Part shown: one piece after another, positions 40,110 to 50,459 of the stretch
How the letters are laid out: the number at the start of each line of letters is the position of its first letter
Numbering within the stretch: position 1 is the stretch's first letter
Assembly: GCA_963754315.1 (NCBI GenBank)
Contig: CAVWFS010000015.1
Location: forward strand, 160,001 to 224,000
Source: an uncultured Candidatus Rokubacteria bacterium
GTDB taxonomy: Bacteria; Methylomirabilota; Methylomirabilia; Rokubacteriales; CSP1-6
Length of the DNA: 64,000 nt
Direction of reading: 5' to 3'
Notes under the pieces: model-generated
What the model saw: the letters and a program-made list of their open reading frames with translations, nothing else
What the model was told of the DNA's origin: nothing
The model's database searches: none
Position numbers and translations under genes: made by a program

Positions 40110-41501
40110 ATGGTGATGGGAGATCTCGTCCGCGAGGTCGACGTCGGCGTGATCGGCGGCGGGCCCGGCGGCTACTCGGCGGCGTTTCGCTGCGCGGAGC
40201 TCGGGCTGGACGTGGTCGTGGTGGACGACGGCCAGCGCCTGGGAGGCACCTGCTTGTACGAGGGATGCATACCCTCCAAGGCCTTGCTCCACGTGGCCGC
40301 TCTCATCGGCGAGGTCGAGCGCGCGCGGGAGCTCGGGCTCGAATTCGGTCCGCCCCGCGTCGCGCTCGATCCAATGCGGAAGTGGAAGGACGAGCGTGTG
40401 GTGGGCAAGCTATCGCGAGGTCTGGCCGCCGTGGCGCGCAGCAAGGGCGTCGAGGTGATCGGGGGTCGGGCGCTCTTCGATGGATCGCGCGCACTGCGCG
40501 TGGAAGGTGAGGCGCCGCAAACGATCCGCTTCAAGCACGCCATCGTGGCCACCGGGTCCCAATCCGTGCGACTTCCCGGCCTCACCCTCGAGAACGAGCG
40601 GCTCATGGACTCCACGACCGCCCTGATGCTGGCCGAGATTCCCGAGCGCCTGCTCATCATCGGTGGCGGATACATCGGCCTCGAGCTGGGTCAGGTGTAC
40701 GCCGCGCTCGGCAGTGCCATCACCCTGGTGGAGATGACCGAGGGTCTCCTCCCCGGTGTCGATCGCGATCTCGTCCAGCCGCTCGCGCGGCAATGCGGGC
40801 GGCAGTTCGCCGCAATCCACCTCGGCACTCAGGTCACCGCGCTCCGCGAGGTCGACGGCGGCCTCGAAGCACGCGTGGGGGAAACCGCACAGCGTTTCGA
40901 CCGGGTGCTGGTAGCCGTGGGCCGCCGCGCGCGGGTCGATGGTCTCGGACTCGAGTCGACGCGGGCGCGCGTGCGGGAGCCCGGCTTCATCGCGGTCGAC
41001 GAGCACTGCCGCACCGACGATCCGCACATCTACGCCGTTGGCGATGCCACCGGCGAGCCCATGCTGGCCCACCGCGCCATGCGCCAGGGGAAGGTGGCAG
41101 CGGAGGTCATCGCCGGTAAGCCAGCCGCATTCGACAATGCGGCCGTACCTGCCGTCGTCTTCACCGACCCCGAGGTGGCGTGGTGCGGCCTCACCGAGCA
41201 CGACGCCGAACGAGAAGGCCGGCCCGTGCGCCTTGCGAAGTTTCCCTGGGCCGCCTCCGGACGCGCGGCCACCCTGGGCCGGACGGACGGGCTCACCAAA
41301 CTGGTGGTCGATCCCGACTCCGGGCGAGTGCTGGGGGTGGGCATCGTCGGCCCGGGAGCCGGCGAGCTGATCGCGGAGGCGACCTTGGCCGTTGAAGCGG
41401 CGCTCACGGCCGAGGACGTGGCCGCGACCATCCATGCGCATCCGACCCTTGCCGAGACGCTGATGGAAGCCGCCGAGGCCTTCCTGCGAGCGGCCGGTTA
41501 G
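40110..41501 (+). CDS. lpdA: Dihydrolipoamide dehydrogenase E3
   Basis: GGGPGGY, GGTCLYEGCIPSK, HAHPTLAE. Confidence 0.95.
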   Translation: MVMGDLVREVDVGVIGGGPGGYSAAFRCAELGLDVVVVDDGQRLGGTCLYEGCIPSKALLHVAALIGEVERARELGLEFGPPRVALDPMRKWKDERVVGKLSRGLAAVARSKGVEVIGGRALFDGSRALRVEGEAPQTIRFKHAIVATGSQSVRLPGLTLENERLMDSTTALMLAEIPERLLIIGGGYIGLELGQVYAALGSAITLVEMTEGLLPGVDRDLVQPLARQCGRQFAAIHLGTQVTALREVDGGLEARVGETAQRFDRVLVAVGRRARVDGLGLESTRARVREPGFIAVDEHCRTDDPHIYAVGDATGEPMLAHRAMRQGKVAAEVIAGKPAAFDNAAVPAVVFTDPEVAWCGLTEHDAEREGRPVRLAKFPWAASGRAATLGRTDGLTKLVVDPDSGRVLGVGIVGPGAGELIAEATLAVEAALTAEDVAATIHAHPTLAETLMEAAEAFLRAAG

Positions 41502-41558
41502 CGCAAGAGCAATGGACGATATCCGCCCCGGAGCCGACGAACGAGGAGGAAGAGAGCC

Positions 41559-42905
41559 ATGGTAAACCGACACGTGAACCGGCGAGTGTTCCTGGCAGGC
41601 GCTGCGGCCACACTCGCCCTGACGCCCTATCCGGCGCCCGCGCAGCGCAAGGGGGCCAGCCTGCGGCTCTGGATCCTGAAGACCTACGTGGAGCCCACCA
41701 ACAAGGCCATCGAGGCCAGCGCCCAGCGCTGGGCGCAGAAGCACGGCGGCACCGTCAGCGTCGAGTACTTCACCTTCGAGGACATGCAGACGAAGTACGT
41801 GGCCGCAATCGAGAACAAGAACACCCCGGACGTCGGACAGCTGGAGACAAGCGCGCCGGCCCGCTTTGCCGGAATGGGACAACTGCTCGATCTCACCGGC
41901 TTTGTCCGCCAGATCGAGGGGCAGGTTGGCAAGCCGCCCGCCAATGTGGCCCCGGTCACCATGGTCGGTGGTACCCAATACGCCATCCCCTGGTACATCA
42001 TGGCGGCCTTCTGGTACGTCTGGCGCGACGCCTTCGAGAAGGGCAAGGTCAAGCTCCCCAGCACCTTCGAAGACGCCAAGAATGCGGCGAAGGCCCTCAA
42101 CCGCCCGACCGAGAATTTCTACGGAATGGGCCAGAGCTGGAATCGAACCGCGGATGGCTACGGTGTCATGCAGAGCCTGATGTACTCGTACGGCGCCGGC
42201 TGGGCCACCAAGGAAGGCAAGTACCGCTCGCTGAAGACACCGGCCATGCAGCAGGCGATGAAGTGGGCCACCGATATCTACAAGGAAGGTATCCAGCCCG
42301 GCGACACCCTGTCTTGGACGGGGTCCCAGAACAACGAGAACTTCATCGCGAAGAAGATCGCCCAGACCTCCAACGGGCCGAGCATCACCTTTGCGCTGGA
42401 GAACGCGGTGGCCAAGGCAACGGACGCTAAGGAGCGCAAGCAGCGAGAGGAAGCGCTGGCCAACCACGTGGCCCTCCCTCACCCGGCGGGACCGGACGGC
42501 AGACGGATGTGGGCCATCGCGATGAGCTTCGGGATCTTCAAGAGCTCGAAGGATCCCGAGTCGGCCATGAGTCTGGTGGCCCACCTGCTGTCGCCGGAGG
42601 AGACGCTGACGGTCATGCGCGACTCCTACGGCCAGTTCGCGCCGGTCCTCGACAAGGCGCGAGCCGCATCCAAGGATTACTTCAACAAGAACGAGAACTA
42701 CCGGAACTTCGGCCGCGCCGCCGAGTGGTTCGTGCCCACTGGTTGGCCCGGCCCGGTGACCGCCGCGGCCGCCGAGGTCCAGGCCAGTAACGTCCTCACC
42801 GACGCTCCGGCCAAGGTGATCGTGGACAAGCAATCGGTCGATCAAGCCATCGAGTGGCAGGACAAGAAGATCAAGGAGATCTACGATACGCTGGGTGTGG
42901 GCTAA
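41559..42905 (+). CDS. Carbohydrate-type ABC substrate-binding protein (Tat signal)
   Basis: NRRVFL twin-arginine signal; SBP-like body; followed by two CUT1 permeases. Confidence 0.88.
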   Translation: MVNRHVNRRVFLAGAAATLALTPYPAPAQRKGASLRLWILKTYVEPTNKAIEASAQRWAQKHGGTVSVEYFTFEDMQTKYVAAIENKNTPDVGQLETSAPARFAGMGQLLDLTGFVRQIEGQVGKPPANVAPVTMVGGTQYAIPWYIMAAFWYVWRDAFEKGKVKLPSTFEDAKNAAKALNRPTENFYGMGQSWNRTADGYGVMQSLMYSYGAGWATKEGKYRSLKTPAMQQAMKWATDIYKEGIQPGDTLSWTGSQNNENFIAKKIAQTSNGPSITFALENAVAKATDAKERKQREEALANHVALPHPAGPDGRRMWAIAMSFGIFKSSKDPESAMSLVAHLLSPEETLTVMRDSYGQFAPVLDKARAASKDYFNKNENYRNFGRAAEWFVPTGWPGPVTAAAAEVQASNVLTDAPAKVIVDKQSVDQAIEWQDKKIKEIYDTLGVG

Positions 42906-43858
42906 TTTCCGTCCCCGCTTCGCGTAACGCTCGGATCCGCCCCTACGGCGCGACCGGCGCGCAGGCGCCGGCGCGCCGCCCTCGCAGGCGCGGGGATCTC
43001 GTCCCGGCCTTGCTGTTCCTGCTACCCCTCTTCGTCCTGGTGGTGGCCCTGATCGTCTACCCGTTCTATCGCGCCATCTGGCTGTCCTTCACCGACAAGC
43101 TCGTGGGCTATCCGGAGCGCTTCGTCGGTCTCAGGAACTATATCTATCTCATCCACGACGACAATTTCCGCCAGGTCGTGCGCAACAGCCTGCTCTTCAC
43201 CGTGGCCTCCGTCACCTTGAAGATCGTCACCGGACTCGGCATGGCCCTGGTCCTGAACGGCATCTGGCGCTGGCGCAACTTCTTTCGCGGTCTGCTCCTC
43301 CTGCCCTGGATTACCTCGACCGTGATCATCGCCCTCACCTGGCGCTGGATGTTCGATTCCTTCCCGGGGCGGGGCTTCTTCAACAGCGTGCTGATCGACG
43401 CCGGTCTCTTGACCCGGCCCATCGCCTTCATGGCGACCGCCGAGGGAGCGATGCTGGCCGTGATCGTGGCCAACTGGTGGCGCGGGTTTCCGTTCTTCGG
43501 GGTCTCGTACCTGGCGGGCATGCAGACGATCCCGCTCGAGCTCTACGAGGCGGCGTCGGTGGACGGGGCCGGCCCCGGACGCCGCTTCTGGCACATCACC
43601 CTCCCCGGACTCAAGCACGTCATCATCGTCACCGTCCTGCTCAGCTTCATCTGGACGATCAACGACTTCAACATCATCTACGTGATGACGCGCGGAGGCC
43701 CCGGCACCGCCACTCAAGTGTTCGCGACCTATTCGTACGAGGTCGCCTTCAATCAACTTCGTTGGGGGCGCGGGGTGACCATCTCGATCTTCCTGGTCCC
43801 GTTCCTCGTGATCGGGATCGTCCTCATCAGCCGCTACCTGCTGCGGGACAAGGAGTGA
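42905..43858 (+). CDS. Carbohydrate ABC permease (MalF-like); start uncertain
   Basis: FVGLRNY, ELYEAASVDGA, ITLPGL, MTRGGPG. Confidence 0.88.
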   Translation: MSVPASRNARIRPYGATGAQAPARRPRRRGDLVPALLFLLPLFVLVVALIVYPFYRAIWLSFTDKLVGYPERFVGLRNYIYLIHDDNFRQVVRNSLLFTVASVTLKIVTGLGMALVLNGIWRWRNFFRGLLLLPWITSTVIIALTWRWMFDSFPGRGFFNSVLIDAGLLTRPIAFMATAEGAMLAVIVANWWRGFPFFGVSYLAGMQTIPLELYEAASVDGAGPGRRFWHITLPGLKHVIIVTVLLSFIWTINDFNIIYVMTRGGPGTATQVFATYSYEVAFNQLRWGRGVTISIFLVPFLVIGIVLISRYLLRDKE

Positions 43859-43870
43859 GGGCCTAACCCC

Positions 43871-44695
43871 GTGACCCGAACGACCAAGATCCTGACCATG
43901 GCGGGACTGCTGGGCTTCGTGCTGGTGGTGCTGGTCCCCTTCTGGTGGATCGCCAGCATGTCATTCAAGACGTACGAGCAGATCCAGTTCGCGATCAGTA
44001 TCTACGTGCCGAGCCCGGCCACCTTCGCCAATTACACCGGCCTGTGGACCGAGACGCGTTTCCCACTCTGGTTACGCAACAGCCTCGTCACCGCGGTGAC
44101 CGTGACCCTGATCACGACCATCGTGGCCACCCTGAGCGGCTACGCGGTCGCTCGCCTGCGGTTCCCGGGGCGCGAGGCGGTGGCCAGCCTCATCCTCATT
44201 CTCTATCTGGTGCCGCCCGCGCTCCTGTTCATCCCGCTCTATCGGGTGCTCGGCGAGCTGGGCGCGACCAATAATCTGACCGCCCTCTTCCTCGCCTATC
44301 CGACATTCACCGTCCCCTTCTGCACGTGGCTCCTCATCGGCTTCTTCAAGGCCCTCCCGCGCGAACTCGAGGAGGCGGCGATGGTCGACGGCGCCACCCG
44401 GACGGCCGCCTTGATCCGTGTGCTCTTACCGCTGGCGGCACCGGGGATCGTGGCCTCGGCCATCTTCGCCTTCACCCTGTCCTGGAACGAATTTCTCTAC
44501 GCGCTCGTATTCATCCAGGACGAAACGCAAATCACGGTGCCGGTGGGTCTGAATCTGCTGATCTACGGTGATGTCTTCCACTGGGGCCAGCTCATGGCGG
44601 CCTCGGTCATCACGACCATCCCCGTGGTGGTTCTCTACATGTTCATCCACCGCTGGATGGTGGAAGGGCTGGCGGCAGGGTCGGTCAAGGGCTGA
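43871..44695 (+). CDS. Carbohydrate ABC permease (MalG-like)
   Basis: ELEEAAMVDGA, SWNEFLYA, WGQLMAAS, GSVKG. Confidence 0.92.
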   Translation: MTRTTKILTMAGLLGFVLVVLVPFWWIASMSFKTYEQIQFAISIYVPSPATFANYTGLWTETRFPLWLRNSLVTAVTVTLITTIVATLSGYAVARLRFPGREAVASLILILYLVPPALLFIPLYRVLGELGATNNLTALFLAYPTFTVPFCTWLLIGFFKALPRELEEAAMVDGATRTAALIRVLLPLAAPGIVASAIFAFTLSWNEFLYALVFIQDETQITVPVGLNLLIYGDVFHWGQLMAASVITTIPVVVLYMFIHRWMVEGLAAGSVKG

Positions 44696-44787
44696 GTCAG
44701 CTGGGCGGCTGGACCTTGCCAGCCTGGCTCGCGTACTCTCCAGGCTCGGGGGAATCGCCATGGTGCAGATGGTCGAGGTCCGCTGAA

Positions 44788-45735
44788 GTGGCCGTCGAGT
44801 TCGGCGCTCTGCTGCCGACCCGCGAGGCCATCATGTCCGGTCGTCCCGAGACGGCCTCGCTGCTGGCCATGGCCGAGCGCGCGGAGGCGGCGGGTTTCGA
44901 GGCCGTGTGGATCGGTGACTCGATCACCGCGCGGCCCCGGCACGAGCCGCTTACCCTTCTCGCCGCCGTGGCCGCCCGCACGCGACGGGTGCGCGTCGGC
45001 ACGGCCGTGCTCCTGCCCGCGCTGCGCAATCCGGTCGTGCTCGCCCATGTGGTCGGCACTCTTGACCGCATCGCCGAAGGGCGGGTGATTCTGGGGGTCG
45101 GCATCGCCGCCGACACCCCGGCGATCCGCAAGGAGTTCGAGGCGGTGGGCGTTCCCTTCGCCCGTCGCGTGGGGAGATTTCTGGAGACCTTGGCCGTCTG
45201 TCGCGCCCTGTGGCGGCAGGACGCTGTCAGCTTTCGCGGCACTCATTTTTCGCTCGACAACGCCACCGTGGAGCCAAAGCCGCATCGCCCCGGCGGACCG
45301 CCCATCTGGATCGGCGGCAGCGGCCCCACCGCGCTGCGCGAAGCCGCCCGGTTCGATGCGTGGTTCCCCACTGGCCCAAACCCGGAGTTCTTCGCCCAGC
45401 ACTGGCCCCACATCCAGGCAGCGGCGCGGGCCGCAGGCCGCGCCCCGGACGCCGTGGCAGGCGCGGCGTACGTCACCTTGGCGATCGACCCCAACCCGGC
45501 CGTGGCCGAGCAGCGGCTCGCCGCCTTCCTCGAAACGTACTATGGGGTGCCGGCGCGCGCGATGCTGGCACGCCAGGCCTGCTACGCCGGCCCCCTCGAG
45601 AGCTGCGTGGAGTGGCTCCAGCGCTGGATCGACGCGGGCGCGCGCCACCTCTGCCTGCGTTTCGCCGGAGGCGATCAGCTGGCCCAGATTGACGAGGCTG
45701 CCACCAGGCTGCTGCCCCGTCTGAAGCGCGTGTGA
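44788..45735 (+). CDS. LLM-class flavin/F420-dependent oxidoreductase
   Basis: AEAAGFEAVWIGDS, RNPVVLA, GRVILGVG, PPIWIGG. Confidence 0.88.
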   Translation: MAVEFGALLPTREAIMSGRPETASLLAMAERAEAAGFEAVWIGDSITARPRHEPLTLLAAVAARTRRVRVGTAVLLPALRNPVVLAHVVGTLDRIAEGRVILGVGIAADTPAIRKEFEAVGVPFARRVGRFLETLAVCRALWRQDAVSFRGTHFSLDNATVEPKPHRPGGPPIWIGGSGPTALREAARFDAWFPTGPNPEFFAQHWPHIQAAARAAGRAPDAVAGAAYVTLAIDPNPAVAEQRLAAFLETYYGVPARAMLARQACYAGPLESCVEWLQRWIDAGARHLCLRFAGGDQLAQIDEAATRLLPRLKRV

Positions 45736-45742
45736 CTCGCCG

Positions 45743-46942
45743 GTGGTGACATCCCCGCTTCCTCTATCCGGCTATCGTGTCCTCGAGCTGGCTCACCTCG
45801 TCGCTGGCCCCGTGGGTGGGCTGTACCTGGCCGACATGGGGGCCGATGTCGTGAAGGTCGAGAGCCCGCAGGGCGGCGACGCGACCCGGAGCGTCTACGG
45901 CGCGCAGTATGGCAGCGAGGCCGCCGTGTTCGTGACCGTCAACCGCAACAAGCGGAGCGTGGCGATCGACCTCGCCAAGCCCGAGGGACGCGCCGCCTTT
46001 CTCAGGTTGGCGGCGACCGCCGACGTCATCCTCGAGGCGTACAAAGGCGGTGTGGCCGAACGGCTGGGCATCGACTATCAGAGCGTCCGAGCCGTGAACC
46101 CTCGCATCATCTACTGCTCGCTCTCGGCCTTCGGGCCGACGGGGCCGTGGAGAGACAAACCCGGAGTGGACATGCTCGTCCAGGCCATGGGCGGGATGAT
46201 GGCCATCACCGGCGAGCCGGAGGGCGGGCCGGTCCTCTGCAGCGTGCCCGTCATCGACACCATGGGCGCCCTCATGGCCGGCGCCGGCATCGTCACGGCA
46301 CTCCTGCATCGTGAGCGAACCGGTGAGGGTCAGCGCGTGGACATATCGCTCCTCAACGGCTTGATGCTGGCGCACGCCGCCCGCCTCCCCGTCTTCTGGG
46401 CCACCGGCGAAGAGCCGGCGCGGCTCGGCAGCGGACACCCGCACCTCGCGCCCTTCCAGGCTTTCATGGCCAAGGACACCTGGATCTACGTGGCCGTCTG
46501 GCGGGACGGGCTCTGGGAGCCCTTCTGCAGAGCCATCGATCGAAAGGATCTGGCGACGGACCCCCGCTTCGCAGGGCGTGATGACCGGGTCAAGCATCGG
46601 GCCGCCCTCACTGCCCTCCTGGAGCCTATCTTCCGCGAGCGGACCGTCCGGGAGTGGATGGCAGTGCTTGAGGCCCACGATATCCTGTGCGCCCCCGTCA
46701 ATCGTTATGCCGAGCTCGAGGGCGACCCGCAGATCAGCGCCAGCGACATCATCGTGGAAGAGCACCATCCGAGGGCAGGACGCTTCCGGACCATCAATAC
46801 CCCGATCCGCTTCGAGAAGACGCCGGGCACCCGGCGAACGGGGGCGCCCACGCTCGGAGAGCATACCGAGGCGATTCTGCGCGACGCTGGTTTCACCAAC
46901 GACGAGCTGATCCGGCTACGCGCGGCGAAGATCGTCGCCTAG
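45743..46942 (+). CDS. CoA-transferase family III (CaiB/BaiF)
   Basis: LADMGADVVKVE, NRNKRS, PTLGEHT. Confidence 0.92.
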   Translation: MVTSPLPLSGYRVLELAHLVAGPVGGLYLADMGADVVKVESPQGGDATRSVYGAQYGSEAAVFVTVNRNKRSVAIDLAKPEGRAAFLRLAATADVILEAYKGGVAERLGIDYQSVRAVNPRIIYCSLSAFGPTGPWRDKPGVDMLVQAMGGMMAITGEPEGGPVLCSVPVIDTMGALMAGAGIVTALLHRERTGEGQRVDISLLNGLMLAHAARLPVFWATGEEPARLGSGHPHLAPFQAFMAKDTWIYVAVWRDGLWEPFCRAIDRKDLATDPRFAGRDDRVKHRAALTALLEPIFRERTVREWMAVLEAHDILCAPVNRYAELEGDPQISASDIIVEEHHPRAGRFRTINTPIRFEKTPGTRRTGAPTLGEHTEAILRDAGFTNDELIRLRAAKIVA

Positions 46943-46952
46943 CAGCTTCCGT

Positions 46953-47834
46953 TCACGCTTTCGTGTCAGCCGGCAGAATGGCCGAGCCCGTCATCGACGC
47001 CGGATTGCGGCGCGTCCAGCGGCCGGCGTCGACGGCCGTCACGAAGTCGAGGACGGCCCGATTGAAGGCATCCGGCTCCTCCAGGTTGATGGCGTGCCCC
47101 GACTTCGGCAGAACCACGAGGCCGGCCGTGGGGATCTTGCGCTTCATGAAGATGCCGGGCTCGAGGCACGGGTCGTCCTCATCGCCGGTCATGATCAAGG
47201 TCGGTACGTCCAGACGCTCCATCCGGTCTCCCAGCTCGAAGACCGACGGCCGCTTCATCTGGACGCCTTGCATGGTGAGCGAATGCCCGAGGGCGGAACC
47301 GGCGGCCAGCTGGGCGCGGAACTCAGCCCAGCCGACCGGGTCCTTGTCCATGAACTGCACGCGCGTCGGACCCTTGGCGTAGAACTCGGTGACCGCTTCC
47401 ATGCCCTGCGCGAACTGCTTGACCACGACCGCTGAGTCCTGCTTGAACTTCTCCCGGTCACCGCTCCCATAGCCAGCGCCCGCCACCACCAGCGAGAGCG
47501 CGCGGTCGGGATAGGTGAGGCCAAAGTGCAGGGTGGCGTAGCCGCCCATCGAGAGTCCGCAGACGTGCGCTCGACGAATGCTCAGGGCGTCGAGAAGGCC
47601 CCGGATGTCGTCGGCGGCCTGTTGCTGGGAGTACGCAGCCGGGTCTTCCGGGACGTCCGAGGGCGGGTAACCGCGCGCATTGAAGGCGATGGCGCGGTAA
47701 CGCCGGCCGAAGAAGCTCATCTGGGGGCGCCAGCTCTGGACGTCCCCGGCGAACTCGTGGACAAAAACAAGGGGCAGGCCCTGGCCTACCTCTTCCCAGT
47801 AGATCTGGATTCCGTTCACCTTCGCCTTCGGCAT
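46953..47834 (-). CDS. Alpha/beta hydrolase
   Basis: VHEFAGD, NARGYPPSD, GLSMGG, GHAINLEEP. Confidence 0.9.
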   Translation of the reverse strand: MPKAKVNGIQIYWEEVGQGLPLVFVHEFAGDVQSWRPQMSFFGRRYRAIAFNARGYPPSDVPEDPAAYSQQQAADDIRGLLDALSIRRAHVCGLSMGGYATLHFGLTYPDRALSLVVAGAGYGSGDREKFKQDSAVVVKQFAQGMEAVTEFYAKGPTRVQFMDKDPVGWAEFRAQLAAGSALGHSLTMQGVQMKRPSVFELGDRMERLDVPTLIMTGDEDDPCLEPGIFMKRKIPTAGLVVLPKSGHAINLEEPDAFNRAVLDFVTAVDAGRWTRRNPASMTGSAILPADTKA

Positions 47835-47859
47835 GTCGAACACCTCGCAGGTTTGCGGT

Positions 47860-48699
47860 TCAGAGCGCGCTGGGGGGCAGGCCCAGCAGGAGATCGGCCG
47901 CGCCGCGGGCGGACTGGCCCGAGGCCACTCCGCGCCGGGCGGCCGCCTGATTGACGGCGGAGAGCACCCCCGTCTCCCACGTGCTGAGGGGGTCGCCGAT
48001 ACGAGCCGTCATGGTGTCCACGGCGGCAGCCGCCACCCCGGCCTCGTCCAGAAGCCTGAGCGCACCGACGCCAGAGCGGTCCCGGGCAAGGCCGCCGTCG
48101 TTGAAGATCACGCCGCGTGGACAGACCGCCAGCAACGGCAGCGCGTTCACCCGCCCTCCGTGGGAGCCGACACACAGGACGTCCTGGCGATTGGCGGCGG
48201 TTGCGAAGCTGGTCGACCCCATGAGCACGACGCGGCCTCCTCCGCTCTCGCGCACGATGCGCTGGCTCCGGTCGACGAGAAGGAGACCTGGCGTGACCCG
48301 GCCTGGAGGGGCCGCCAACAGACGCCGCGCCGCCGCGAAGGCGGGCATTCCCGCGTGCACGTCCAGTCCCTCCGCCTCGGCATTCACGAAGGCAACCACA
48401 CCATCGTCATGCACGCTGCGGCCGTCGCCGAGCCGCGCCGACATGGTCTCCACCGCGGTGGCGGGCATGGCAAAGCGCGCGGCGAAGGCAAGCCCGGCGA
48501 TGCCAGCGCCGTCCAGCCCCACGCCGGCCGCGTGAGCCACGAGCGCCCGAACGCCACATTCGAGCGCGAAACCAAAGGCCAGCGGACCGGCAAAGGACCC
48601 CGTCACGACGACATCGAGGGTCGAGATGCGCGCATCGCAGTGAGTGAGGGAGTCGAGGACGACCACGCGTCCTTCGCTCGCCTCGTGCACCACGATCAC
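47860..48699 (-). CDS. Hypothetical protein with two tandem homologous domains
   Basis: Repeat halves VVVTGSFAG..SARLGDG..VNAEA..GM and VLCVGSHGG..TARIGD..VNQAA..GQ; SD GGAGG before GTG 48699. Confidence 0.75.
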   Translation of the reverse strand: MIVVHEASEGRVVVLDSLTHCDARISTLDVVVTGSFAGPLAFGFALECGVRALVAHAAGVGLDGAGIAGLAFAARFAMPATAVETMSARLGDGRSVHDDGVVAFVNAEAEGLDVHAGMPAFAAARRLLAAPPGRVTPGLLLVDRSQRIVRESGGGRVVLMGSTSFATAANRQDVLCVGSHGGRVNALPLLAVCPRGVIFNDGGLARDRSGVGALRLLDEAGVAAAAVDTMTARIGDPLSTWETGVLSAVNQAAARRGVASGQSARGAADLLLGLPPSAL

Positions 48700-48722
48700 C
48701 TTCCAACCTCCGTTCCGGTGGC

Positions 48723-49643
48723 TCAGGCCTGTGCGGTCTCGGCGACCTGGCGAGCGATGCTCGTGTCCACCAGATCCTCGTAGCGGTGCGACGAGCGGAT
48801 GAACCCGCCGTCGATCAGGATGGACTGCAAGTAGTCGTAGCCGGGCTGGCGCAGGATGGGATCGCGCGCCCAGGTGCCTTGACGCAGGAAGCGATCGACG
48901 GCGCGTGTCCGGAGCACGGGGTCGATGTCGGGGAATGACGGCGCGATCAGATCGGCGATGGTCGCCCCCGATTGTTTCGCCAGCCAACCCTGGGCCCGAA
49001 ACAGGCCACGGGTGAACCGGCGTACCGTATCGCTGTCCTCACGCAGGAAGCGGGGAGTGGTCATGTACGACGAAAACGGCACGGGACCCGTCGCCTCGCC
49101 CATGGACACAACCAGATGGGCGGCGCCCTCCATGAGAAGCTGTTCCACCACCGGCTGCCCCTGCTCCAGGAAATCTGCCTGACCCGCCCGGAAGGCATCC
49201 ACCGCCTGTGGCACGGGTAGATCACGCCGGATGGTCACCTGGGTCGGATCCACGCCCTCCCGACGCAATACCTTCAGCATGCACTGCCACGGCGTGGGGG
49301 CTTCCGCGAACGAGATGACCGTTCGCCCCACGAGATCCGCCCACTGGAATCGCGGCCGAGGCACGCGACTCAGCAGGAAGAAGCCATTGCGGCTGTTCAC
49401 CTCGGCAAAGTGCACAAGGATACCGGCTCCGCGATCAGCCAGCTCGAAACTCCGCATGAGGCCTCCGAGGCTGATCTCGGCCAGACCGTCCAGCAAGGCG
49501 CCGGTGGTGCTCAGGCCGTCACCGGCGGTGCGGATGGTCACGGCCAGGCCTTCCGCCTCGAAGTAGCCGCCATGCAACGCGACAAACTGCGGCGCATAGA
49601 AGAGCGAACGGAAGGTTTCCACGACGGTGAGTGAGCGGGGCAT
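48723..49643 (-). CDS. NMT1/THI5-like ABC substrate-binding protein
   Basis: FYAPQFVALHGGYFEAEGL and FLLSR motifs. Confidence 0.82.
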   Translation of the reverse strand: MPRSLTVVETFRSLFYAPQFVALHGGYFEAEGLAVTIRTAGDGLSTTGALLDGLAEISLGGLMRSFELADRGAGILVHFAEVNSRNGFFLLSRVPRPRFQWADLVGRTVISFAEAPTPWQCMLKVLRREGVDPTQVTIRRDLPVPQAVDAFRAGQADFLEQGQPVVEQLLMEGAAHLVVSMGEATGPVPFSSYMTTPRFLREDSDTVRRFTRGLFRAQGWLAKQSGATIADLIAPSFPDIDPVLRTRAVDRFLRQGTWARDPILRQPGYDYLQSILIDGGFIRSSHRYEDLVDTSIARQVAETAQA

Positions 49644-49664
49644 GGCCGCCCCGAGTATAACGCG

Positions 49665-50459
49665 CTACAGGAACGTCCGAGTGGCGGTCAGTGCCTCCCG
49701 GGCTACCTCGTCGGCCGGACGGGCCCACGCCCCCGGATCGGGCGCTTCGTAGCTCAGATACCCCTCATAACCCTTGGCGGCAAAAGCGGCAAACCATTCC
49801 TTGAACGGCACGATGCCGCGACCCGGCGCCAGCCGAGGCATGATCTCCCCCGGTCCCGCGCTGGCCGGCACATCGCTGTACTGCACGTAGCTGACCTCGC
49901 TGGGAGCCACGTCCTCCAGATCGCGCGGCCGGCTGCCACTACGCTGCAGATGGTAGGTATCGAGCAGCAGTCCGCACGCGGGATGCGCGGCCATGGTCAG
50001 CACTTCGCGGATACGCTCGAGCGAAGCGAGCTGATCCGCCTGCGAGTTGAACTCCACCGCGAGACGCACGCGAGCCGCCGCCGCCAGATCGCCGACCTCT
50101 CGGACACTGGCGGCGGCTTGCCGCACACTGCCCTTCCCTTTGTCGACGGGACTCATCACCGTGGTGCAGCCGAGCATGGCCGCCCGGGCGCACTGCTCGG
50201 CGAAGACGCGAAGCAGCCGGTGCCGCTCCTCCCCCTCTGCCCACATCCAGCCGAACGCCACGCCCACGCAGGCCACCGCCAACCGACTCTGACGCACAAG
50301 GGCGAGGACGTCGTCCGCGGTTTCCCCGCGTTCCAGGGCACGCTCGAAGTCGATACGACGCAGCTCGATCGCATCCCAGCCGGTCTCGCGCGCCACGCGG
50401 AGGGCCTCGCCGAGCGGCGTGCTATCGAGCGTCCACGTGTGCAGCGCGAGCCCTCTCAC
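49665..50459 (-). CDS. Sugar phosphate isomerase/epimerase (xylose isomerase-like TIM barrel)
   Basis: GWDAIEL, LAVEF, LLLDTYH, PGRG, YEGYLSYE. Confidence 0.88.
   Translation of the reverse strand: MRGLALHTWTLDSTPLGEALRVARETGWDAIELRRIDFERALERGETADDVLALVRQSRLAVACVGVAFGWMWAEGEERHRLLRVFAEQCARAAMLGCTTVMSPVDKGKGSVRQAAASVREVGDLAAAARVRLAVEFNSQADQLASLERIREVLTMAAHPACGLLLDTYHLQRSGSRPRDLEDVAPSEVSYVQYSDVPASAGPGEIMPRLAPGRGIVPFKEWFAAFAAKGYEGYLSYEAPDPGAWARPADEVAREALTATRTFL

Noticed and set aside
40410..42845. 811-aa minus-strand ORF, and similar long antisense ORFs such as 2881..4653 and 54501..55940
   Set aside because: Shadow frames of well-supported opposite-strand genes in high-GC DNA
44700..44785. 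Branched hairpin upstream of the LLM gene as a riboswitch
   Set aside because: Pairings exist (GGACCTTG/CGAGGTCC, GCCTGG/CCAGGC) but match no aptamer I recognise and are plausible by chance at this GC content
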